The notes beneath the pieces were generated by a model. It did not search any database and was not told the DNA's origin. It worked only from the letters and a program-made list of their open reading frames with translations. 64,000 nt of DNA from Sinimarinibacterium sp. (GTDB lineage Bacteria > Pseudomonadota > Gammaproteobacteria > Nevskiales > Nevskiaceae). The stretch is from the NCBI GenBank assembly GCA_041659605.1, contig JBAZXW010000012.1:138-64137 (forward strand). Direction: 5' to 3'. Below, one piece after another: positions 57,069 to 64,000 of the stretch (positions are counted from its first letter, which is position 1; each line of letters begins with the position of its first letter). The translations under genes were made by a program, and so were the position numbers.

Positions 57069-58250
57069 ATGAATGCATCACTGTCTACCGTCTCCACGGG
57101 GCGCCGGGGCAACAAGCCCGCCCGAGCGGCTTCGCTCAAGCTGACGCCGCGCTCTGGCCGGATATTGCAAAGCACTTTCCGACCGCATCCTCTGTGGTCG
57201 AGCGCGCATCTGCAAACGATCGCGACCTTGTTGCGGCCTGCGCCCAAACTCACCCAGCGCCGTGAGCGGCTGGAGTTGGGCGATGGTGATTTCCTGGATC
57301 TGGGCTGGAGCGGAGACCACAATTCAAGTGGCCCCCTCGCGGTGCTGGTCCATGGACTCGCTGGCGGCTTTGAGTCCAAGTATCTGCTTGGCACCGCCTC
57401 GCAACTCATTGCGCAAGGTTGGCGCACGGTCATCATGCAATTGCGCGGCGCGGGGCCTGAGCCGAACCGTTTGCACCGCTGCTACGACCAGGGCGACACC
57501 GAAGACCTGCGTTACGTCTGGCACCTGTTGCGGGCGCGCGAGCCCAAGGCGTTCATCGCGTCGGTAGGTTGGTCGCTGGGCGGTAACGTCACCCTCAAGG
57601 CGTTGGCGGAGGAGGGCGAGGCGGCGCCAATCAATATCGCAGCAGCGGCATCCGTGCCCTTCAATATCCGGCCGTGCGCCGAGCGCTTGCGCACAGGCTT
57701 CTCGCGCATCTATCAGACGCATCTGCTCGGCTACTTGAAGGATGCGTTGCGACGAAAGCACCCGAAAATTCCACTGTCGCCGCTCGTCAATTTATCCGCC
57801 GCACTCGCGGCGCAGAGTTTCATTGAGTATGACGAGGCTTACACCGCGCCGTTGGCGGGTTATCGCGACGTTGAGGATTACTACACGCACGCTTCTTGCG
57901 GACAGTTCTTGAAGGACATCCGCCGCTCGACTCTGGTGGTGCATGCGCTGGATGATCCCTTCATGACGAGCGACATCATTCCCGCTGTGGAAACCTTGTC
58001 GCAACATGTGACACTGGAAGTCGCGCACAGCGGCGGGCATGTGGGCTTCATCAGCGCCGGCGCGCTCGGCCAACCATATTGCTGGCTCGAGCGCAGGCTG
58101 ACGGAGTTTCTGCACGAGGGTTTTGAGCGGGCCGGTGAGCGGGTATCGGCTTTTGGAGCGCCCGCACCTTTGCGGATCACTCCAAAGTCCGGGGCCGATA
58201 ATCGTGACGACTGGCTTCCGCTCTTGCAATCTTCCTTGACGTCTCCGTAG
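57069..58250 (+). CDS. YheT-like alpha/beta hydrolase (UPF0017)
   Basis: HLQTI, VHGLAGG, GWSLGGN, HALDDPF, GGHVGF. Confidence 0.88.
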   Translation: MNASLSTVSTGRRGNKPARAASLKLTPRSGRILQSTFRPHPLWSSAHLQTIATLLRPAPKLTQRRERLELGDGDFLDLGWSGDHNSSGPLAVLVHGLAGGFESKYLLGTASQLIAQGWRTVIMQLRGAGPEPNRLHRCYDQGDTEDLRYVWHLLRAREPKAFIASVGWSLGGNVTLKALAEEGEAAPINIAAAASVPFNIRPCAERLRTGFSRIYQTHLLGYLKDALRRKHPKIPLSPLVNLSAALAAQSFIEYDEAYTAPLAGYRDVEDYYTHASCGQFLKDIRRSTLVVHALDDPFMTSDIIPAVETLSQHVTLEVAHSGGHVGFISAGALGQPYCWLERRLTEFLHEGFERAGERVSAFGAPAPLRITPKSGADNRDDWLPLLQSSLTSP

Positions 58251-58322
58251 CCGTCCTGAATCTCACCGACCGTGCTTTGAACCTTGCGGGCGATGCAGGC
58301 TGACTAGATTGCTCATACTTGC

Positions 58323-58336
58323 GTGTGCTGACGCAC
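58323..58336. promoter_or_regulatory. GTGYG-N4-CGCAC palindrome, copy 1
   Basis: GTGTGCTGACGCAC followed by CGA, upstream of the AI-2E gene. Confidence 0.55.
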
Positions 58337-58438
58337 CGAGTGCAGCCGTTTGCTGCGCTCAAGCTGATGAGACACAGATGAGCGGTGTTCTTGGTCGTGC
58401 AAACATTTCAGCCGAAAAGCATCGCGAGCGAGCGCGCA

Positions 58439-59602
58439 ATGGCGACATCGTTCGACAGCCCCCCGATCGAACCCGCCGCGTGTGGCTCGGCTGGCGCAGA
58501 TTCGGTTGCAGCCGACCTCACGACGCTGCCTCTCTCTGTGAAAGTGGGAGTCTGGATTCTCGCGTTCATCGCAGTCGTCGCAGCGCTTTATCTTGCGCGG
58601 GCGTTCGTCGTTCCACTGTTGATCGGAATACTTACCAGCTATGCACTGGGCCCCATCGTAACGTGGCTGAAGGCGCGTCACATTCCACGCTTTGTCGGTG
58701 CGGCGCTGGTGCTGGCGGCACTGATCGGTGGTGTGTCTTGGGCCATTTTCTCTTTGGGAGACGATGCTGCCTCGGTCATCCAGAAGCTTCCCGAAGCGGC
58801 GCGCAAGGTCCGCCAGCACATCAGTGATGCGCGGGCGGGCGGCCCGACCGCGCTGCAGAACTTCCAGGAAGCTGCCGCAGAACTGCAAGGTGCTGCGGCG
58901 GATGCGTCAGGACCAGAAAAGCCGGTCTTGCGCACCGTCGCGACCCCGCCCAGCGTCTGGTTGCGCGACTACATGCTGAACCAGTCCGCGCTGCTGTTCA
59001 CGGTGATCGCGCAAACGCCGATTGTTCTGCTGCTTGCGTATTTTCTATTGGCGTCCGGTGCGCATTTCCGACGAAAGCTCGTGCAGCTGGTTGGCCCGTC
59101 CTTGTCCCGCAAGAAAGATGCGGTGGGGATTCTCGAAGAGATCGATGTACAGGTTCAACGCTATTTGCTGGCGATGATGGGATCGAATGTCCTCGTCGCC
59201 GTCGGAACCTGGCTTGCGTTCGAGGCGCTGGGAATGGAACAGGCGGGCGTATGGGGCGTCACAGCGGGCGTGCTTCACTTCATCCCCTACCTCGGCCCGA
59301 TCGTGTTTGCGATGGCAAGCGGGATGGCTGGATTCATGCAGTTCGGCGCAACGCTCCATGCATTTGCAGTTGCCGGCGTATCGCTGCTGGTGGCCGCTGC
59401 GGTCGGATCCGTGATCATGACGTGGGTGCAGAGTCGCTCCTCACGTGTGAATGCTGCAGTGCTGTTCATCGCCTTGCTGTTCTTCGCGTGGCTGTGGGGC
59501 ATCTGGGGCCTGCTGCTTGGGGCGCCATTACTCGCGATCGCCAAGGTGATCTGCGATCGCGTCGATTCGCTCAAGCATGTCGGCGAGCTCCTTGGGCGTT
59601 AG
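58439..59602 (+). CDS. AI-2E family transporter (PerM-like)
   Basis: LHFIPYLGP, LFFAWLWGIWGLLLGAPLL; start MATSF at 58439 or 58385. Confidence 0.9.
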   Translation: MATSFDSPPIEPAACGSAGADSVAADLTTLPLSVKVGVWILAFIAVVAALYLARAFVVPLLIGILTSYALGPIVTWLKARHIPRFVGAALVLAALIGGVSWAIFSLGDDAASVIQKLPEAARKVRQHISDARAGGPTALQNFQEAAAELQGAAADASGPEKPVLRTVATPPSVWLRDYMLNQSALLFTVIAQTPIVLLLAYFLLASGAHFRRKLVQLVGPSLSRKKDAVGILEEIDVQVQRYLLAMMGSNVLVAVGTWLAFEALGMEQAGVWGVTAGVLHFIPYLGPIVFAMASGMAGFMQFGATLHAFAVAGVSLLVAAAVGSVIMTWVQSRSSRVNAAVLFIALLFFAWLWGIWGLLLGAPLLAIAKVICDRVDSLKHVGELLGR

Positions 59603-59630
59603 CCCGATGCGCAGGTCGAAGGAGCGACGG

Positions 59631-59650
59631 TCTGTGTGATGCCGCACCGA
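59631..59650. promoter_or_regulatory. GTGYG-N4-CGCAC palindrome, copy 2
   Basis: TCTGTGTGATGCCGCACCGA upstream of 59709. Confidence 0.6.
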
Positions 59651-59708
59651 CCCGCTTAGCCGTTTTGCGACATTCTGCGTACGTGGTTGCTTGGTGGAGA
59701 AGTGAAAG

Positions 59709-59927
59709 ATGGACGCACTAAAAGTCGTTGCAGCCTTGGTGATCGTCGCAGGCGCGCTCGGACTAGTGTATGGCGGCTTCAGCTACACCAAGGAGACTCA
59801 CCACACCGACCTCGGGCCGATCCACATGTCGGTCGACGAAAAGCAGCACGTCAATTTTCCCGTCTGGCTCGGCGTGGGGGCGGTCGTGCTTGGCGGTGTG
59901 CTGCTGGTTATGGGCCGGAAAGCCTAG
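59709..59927 (+). CDS. Small two-TM membrane protein
   Basis: GGFSYTKETHHTDLGPIHMSVDEKQHVNFPVWLGVG; GGAGA RBS. Confidence 0.8.
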   Translation: MDALKVVAALVIVAGALGLVYGGFSYTKETHHTDLGPIHMSVDEKQHVNFPVWLGVGAVVLGGVLLVMGRKA

Positions 59928-60024
59928 CGCACGCAGCCATCCGCAGTTGGCTTGCCGCGCGCCGGGCTGGCGGACAAGGCTCTAAAGCAACGGCCTCACG
60001 CCCTCTGAACAAAGAGGTTGTTCC

Positions 60025-60399
60025 ATGGACGCATACACGATGATGAAGACCGCGGCGCTGCTACTGGCGATCGCGGCAGGTGGCGGCCTTCTGATGGCCG
60101 GCATTCGTTTTAGCGGCAAGGATCGTCCACCGTCCGCCATCGCGATGCTGCACGGACTGCTAGCGGCCGGAGCATTGACCCTTCTGATCTATGCGGCGGT
60201 TGTGGCGGGAGTTCCGCCGATGGCGCAACTGTCGATTGCAGTGCTGGTCGTCGCTGCGCTCATCGGCACCTGGATCAATCTGAAATTTCATTCGCAAATG
60301 CAGGCTCTCCCGATCAAGGGGGTCGTCGCGCACGCGCTGGTGGCAGTCGCGGGGTTCGTGCTGCTCCTCGTCGTCCTGCTCAGGCCGCACGCCGGCTGA
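60025..60399 (+). CDS. Four-TM hypothetical membrane protein
   Basis: AMLHGLLAAG and AHALVAVAG His-containing helices; GAGG RBS. Confidence 0.75.
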   Translation: MDAYTMMKTAALLLAIAAGGGLLMAGIRFSGKDRPPSAIAMLHGLLAAGALTLLIYAAVVAGVPPMAQLSIAVLVVAALIGTWINLKFHSQMQALPIKGVVAHALVAVAGFVLLLVVLLRPHAG

Positions 60400-60428
60400 C
60401 CTGCGTCCGCGGCCGAAGGAGTTCTCAT

Positions 60429-61196
60429 ATGTCTGACACCCCCGCGCCGCGACAAAACCATCTGCTTGGCGCCTTGTCTGAGCGGGCCTTGACCCGCCTG
60501 CGCCCGCATCTCGAACTGGCGTCGATGCCGCTCGGCAAGATTTTGTACGACGCGGGCGAGACCATGCGTCACGTGTACTTCCCGACCGACTGCATCGTGT
60601 CGCTGCTCCAGGTGATGGAAAACGGAGCATCAGGCGAGATTGCGGTGGTCGGTAATGAAGGCCTGATCGGAATCGCTTCGTTCATGGGCGGTGAAAGCAC
60701 TCCCAGCCGCGCGATCGTGCAGAGCGCAGGCTCCGCATACCGGCTCTCCGGCGAGCGGCTCAACGAAGAGTTCAACCGTCACGGCGAAATGATGCGGCTA
60801 TTGCTCTGCTATACCCAATCCCTCATCTCGCAAATGTCCCAGACCGCGGCGTGCAACAAGCATCATCCCATTGACCAGCAGCTGTGCCGCTGGCTTCTGC
60901 TGTCTCTGGATCGTCTGCAGAGCAACCGGATGACCATGACCCAGGAGCTGGTGTCCCACATGCTTGGCGTCGGACATGCGGCGGTCGATGAGGCAGCCGC
61001 AACGTTGCAGAAGAGCGGCGCGATCATCTATGCCGGCGGTCAATTCACGGTGCTCGACCGGCCGAAGCTCGAGCAGCTGTGTTGCGAGTGTTACGCCGCG
61101 GTCAAGAATGAAACTCACAGCCTTTGTCCCTATCTCGCGCCGATCACCGCGCGCCAGCGCCCGGTCCCAGCGCTCGATTCAGTGCCGGTTGCCTAA
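60429..61196 (+). CDS. Crp/Fnr family regulator with altered recognition helix
   Basis: VYFPTDCIVSLL, VGNEGLIG, QTAACNKHH, QQLCRWLL, MTQELVSHMLGV. Confidence 0.9.
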   Translation: MSDTPAPRQNHLLGALSERALTRLRPHLELASMPLGKILYDAGETMRHVYFPTDCIVSLLQVMENGASGEIAVVGNEGLIGIASFMGGESTPSRAIVQSAGSAYRLSGERLNEEFNRHGEMMRLLLCYTQSLISQMSQTAACNKHHPIDQQLCRWLLLSLDRLQSNRMTMTQELVSHMLGVGHAAVDEAAATLQKSGAIIYAGGQFTVLDRPKLEQLCCECYAAVKNETHSLCPYLAPITARQRPVPALDSVPVA

Positions 61197-61270
61197 GCCC
61201 AGCTCCATCCCAAGGTCGCCAGTATCGTGGACAGTTGGCGATGATCCGTGCAATCCGCTGCGGCTGCCGC

Positions 61271-61290
61271 TCGGTGCGATATCGCACGGA
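61271..61290. promoter_or_regulatory. GTGYG-N4-CGCAC palindrome, copy 3
   Basis: TCGGTGCGATATCGCACGGA with a perfect 14-bp palindromic core, upstream of DUF3309. Confidence 0.6.
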
Positions 61291-61393
61291 GAACCACTCT
61301 TCGAAGCGTTACTCTCTAAGTCCGAAGTGACTCTGCGCCGTGAGTCCCGGCATGTGTCTCGAAAGAGACCAATGATCGGCGAGGAGAAATAAG

Positions 61394-61552
61394 ATGAGCT
61401 TGGGAATGATTCTGTTGATCGTCCTGGTGCTGTTGCTGCTCGGCGTGATCCCTACCTGGCCGCATAGCAAGTCGTGGGGTTACGGTCCGAGCGGTGGATT
61501 GAGCGTCGTGCTGGTCGTCATCCTTGTATTGGTCCTCATGGGCAAGTTCTAG
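61394..61552 (+). CDS. DUF3309 family small membrane protein (not in ORF track)
   Basis: Manual translation MSLGMILLIVLVLLLLGVIPTWPHSKSWGYGPSGGLSVVLVVILVLVLMGKF; GAGGAG RBS. Confidence 0.9.
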   Translation: MSLGMILLIVLVLLLLGVIPTWPHSKSWGYGPSGGLSVVLVVILVLVLMGKF

Positions 61553-61565
61553 CGAGGAGTCAGGA

Positions 61566-61790
61566 ATGCACCACTATCATCTGCGGCTGCTGGGCGATCA
61601 CTGGGCCTTGCTTGAAGAAGGTGCTGCTGTTGCAACCAAGACCTTCTGGACCAAAAAAGAAGGAGTGAGCTACAGCCTGTGCTTCATTGGACACTACGGC
61701 GGCTCGCTCGCAATCCACCGGGTCAACGGCAGCCTTCAGGAAGAGCGCACGTGTCCGGGCGGGCTGGAGCCGATCCGCATCGCAGCGTGA
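61566..61790 (+). CDS. DUF2188-like small protein
   Basis: WALLEEG...TKKEG...SLAIHRVNGSLQEERT; GAGGAG RBS. Confidence 0.7.
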   Translation: MHHYHLRLLGDHWALLEEGAAVATKTFWTKKEGVSYSLCFIGHYGGSLAIHRVNGSLQEERTCPGGLEPIRIAA

Positions 61791-61823
61791 TCCGGATTGC
61801 TCGGATCGTTTTGACGACGTGCT

Positions 61824-62342
61824 GTGATTGCCAGTCGAGCGGCGCTCCGCGATGGCGCAATCACCGGCAGTGTGGCCAGTGTGGTTTCGTCGCTGGCACT
61901 CATGGCCTTGTCACGCATTGAAACGGGGCACCCGTTTGCTGCGGCCAACGCAATCAGTCATTGGTTATGGAGGGGCGAGTCTTTCCGTCAGAACGGACCG
62001 ACCATCCGCTACACGCTTGCCGGTTACGCGATCCACCACTCGGCATCGGTGCTCTGGGGCATCGTCGCTGAGAAACTATTCGCGAACAACAGCGCTGACC
62101 GACCGGCAGCCCGGGTGCTTCGCAACGCAGCGCTGACGGCTGTCGCCGCCAGCGTGGGTGACTACTTGGTGGTTTCCAGGCGGTTCACACCGGGCGTCGA
62201 AATGCGCCTCTCGCGTGGCGCGGTCGCGTTGTTCTACCTTTCGTTCGCCGCAGGGCTCGCCGCCGGAATGACTTATGTGCGCGCTCGAAAGACCGCGTCT
62301 GAATCCACTGAAAGGAGCGACCCGTGCTCGGACGACATCTGA
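61824..62342 (+). CDS. Hypothetical membrane protein
   Basis: [34 protein letters not shown]; four hydrophobic segments. Confidence 0.72.
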   Translation: MIASRAALRDGAITGSVASVVSSLALMALSRIETGHPFAAANAISHWLWRGESFRQNGPTIRYTLAGYAIHHSASVLWGIVAEKLFANNSADRPAARVLRNAALTAVAASVGDYLVVSRRFTPGVEMRLSRGAVALFYLSFAAGLAAGMTYVRARKTASESTERSDPCSDDI

Positions 62343-63640
62343 TTCTCGCTGCCGTAGTCGCCGCGATGCTGGGAGCGTGCGCAAGCAATTCCCAACTACC
62401 GGTGTCCGCGGGCGTTGGACCCAATCCGACCCTCCCGCCGCCCGACAAGGAGTTGATCCCCAGAGTGTACGTTGCAGAGGGCGTGGGCTGGCCTGCGGGG
62501 ATGACGCCCGTCGCCGCTCCGGGCATGCAAGTGAACGCGTTTGCCCATGGCTTGGTCCATCCGCGCTGGCTGCACGTTCTGCCCAACGGCGACGTTCTGG
62601 TCGCCGAAACCAATGCCCCGCCGAGGCCCGCGGAAGGCAAGGGCATCAAAGCCTGGTTCATGAAGCTGTTCATGAAGAAGGCCGGCGCCGGCGGGCCAAG
62701 CGCAAATCGCATTACCCTGTTGCGGGATGCCGACGGTGACGGCGTTGCCGATGTGCAAGTGCCGTTTATCGAAGGGCTGAACTCGCCGTTCGGGATGGCC
62801 TTGGTCAACGGCGATTTCTATGTAGCGAACAGCGACGCAATCATGCGGTTCCCCTACGTGAAGGGACAGGATCGCATCACCACGCCCGGCATCAAGCTGC
62901 TTGATTTGCCGGCCGGTCCGCATAACCACCACTGGACCAAGAGCCTCATCGCCAGTTCCGACGGCAGCAAGCTCTACGCGACCATCGGCTCCAACAGCAA
63001 TGTGGGTGACAACGGCATGCAGTGGGAGGAAAGCCGCGCGGCGATCTGGGAGATTGATCGCGCGACCGGAAGCCATCGCACTCTCGCTTCCGGAATCCGC
63101 AACCCCAACGGCATGGCGTGGGAACCGCGTACCGGTGCCTTGTGGGTCGTGGTCAATGAACGCGACGAAATCGGCGGCGACCTGGTGCCGGACTACATGA
63201 CCGCGGTGCGCGACGGTGCATTTTACGGCTGGCCCTACAGTTACTACGGCCAGCACGTTGACGAGCGGCCGCAGCCGTCGCGGCCTGACCTGGTGGCCCG
63301 CGCGATCGTCCCGGACTACGCGCTCGGCTCGCACACCGCTTCGTTGGGCTTGGTGTATTCCGACGGCGAGTCTCACCTGCAGCAGTTCGGGAGCGGAATG
63401 CTTATCGGCCAGCATGGCTCCTGGAATCGCAAGCCGCGCAGCGGATATAAAGTCATCTTCGTGCCGTTCCAGGACGGCAGGCCAGCGGGCGATCCGATCG
63501 ATGTGCTGACAGGATTTCTGGATGACGCCAAGGACATCGCCCATGGAAGGCCGGTGGGTGTTGTCATTGACAGGCAAGGGGCGTTGCTCGTCGCTGATGA
63601 TGTGGGAAACACGGTCTGGCGCGTGACGCGGTTACGTTGA
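62324..63640 (+). CDS. Sorbosone dehydrogenase-family (PQQ-type propeller) lipoprotein
   Basis: Lipobox LGAC; [44 protein letters not shown]. Confidence 0.9.
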   Translation: MLGRHLILAAVVAAMLGACASNSQLPVSAGVGPNPTLPPPDKELIPRVYVAEGVGWPAGMTPVAAPGMQVNAFAHGLVHPRWLHVLPNGDVLVAETNAPPRPAEGKGIKAWFMKLFMKKAGAGGPSANRITLLRDADGDGVADVQVPFIEGLNSPFGMALVNGDFYVANSDAIMRFPYVKGQDRITTPGIKLLDLPAGPHNHHWTKSLIASSDGSKLYATIGSNSNVGDNGMQWEESRAAIWEIDRATGSHRTLASGIRNPNGMAWEPRTGALWVVVNERDEIGGDLVPDYMTAVRDGAFYGWPYSYYGQHVDERPQPSRPDLVARAIVPDYALGSHTASLGLVYSDGESHLQQFGSGMLIGQHGSWNRKPRSGYKVIFVPFQDGRPAGDPIDVLTGFLDDAKDIAHGRPVGVVIDRQGALLVADDVGNTVWRVTRLR

Positions 63641-63734
63641 ACGACTGCTTACGGGAAAGTCCAGAACGACCTGCGGCGGGCCGCCCATGGCCGGGGAGAG
63701 TCGCTCGCCGCGCTGCGCTGACCGGCAGCCTTCA

Positions 63735-64000
63735 TCAGCGGTGCTCCGATCCGATGCGGCGACGCGCCGCATTCAGCAGTGCTTTCGAATAGAGCACGTG
63801 GAAACCGGTCAGCCATCGGAACGTGCGTCGGTTCATCGCAGTTTTGGTGACGGCCGATCCGAAGTAGAGGCGCGTGCGCGGTGAGCCGCCGACAGTCACC
63901 GGCTCGACCATGAACCAGGAGCGCGTGCTGCCGAAGATGTCGCACATCAGCAACTGTTGGTCGGTGCGCGCTTCCAGTTGCCAGGCGGCGAAGCGATCGA
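63735..64000 (-). CDS. Hypothetical protein, C-terminal part (runs in from beyond window end)
   Basis: Open frame DRFAAWQLEARTDQQLLMCDIFGSTRSWF...RLYFGSAV...GFHVLYSKALL. Confidence 0.7.
   Translation of the reverse strand, partial: DRFAAWQLEARTDQQLLMCDIFGSTRSWFMVEPVTVGGSPRTRLYFGSAVTKTAMNRRTFRWLTGFHVLYSKALLNAARRRIGSEHR

Noticed and set aside
59648-59674. CGACCC...GACATT as a third copy of the cassette-like motif
   Set aside because: Spacer is much longer than 6 nt; likely chance

Overview
High-GC proteobacterial chromosomal window, most consistent with a free-living gammaproteobacterium (inference from gene content). A housekeeping backbone (fkpA-like PPIase, plsB, POT transporter plus M2 peptidase, YdbH/YdbL-like pair, patatin, two ompA paralogues, prolyl oligopeptidase, TetR-fadE, CorA, pimBF/pimCD-like beta-oxidation genes) is interrupted by three accessory blocks. 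(i) About 14.2-29.0 kb is a mosaic island with several gene scars, a methyltransferase-pstSCAB-NrtS-like operon, a regulator/kinase/REC/secreted Calx-beta/Lnt-like cassette with two identical 20-bp palindromes, and a yybP-ykoY riboswitch-controlled metal efflux pair. (ii) A 2.3-kb cassette for a secreted propeller/DUF11/Calx-beta/GlyGly-CTERM protein is flanked by a perfect 56-bp direct repeat that starts inside a REP doublet. (iii) About 52.5-64 kb holds single-gene cassettes and a general-stress-type cluster with three copies of a CRP-spaced palindrome and a Crp paralogue whose recognition helix is degenerate. No rRNA, tRNA, CRISPR array, intact transposase or integrase was seen. Family assignments come from motif recognition by eye; no searches were run.
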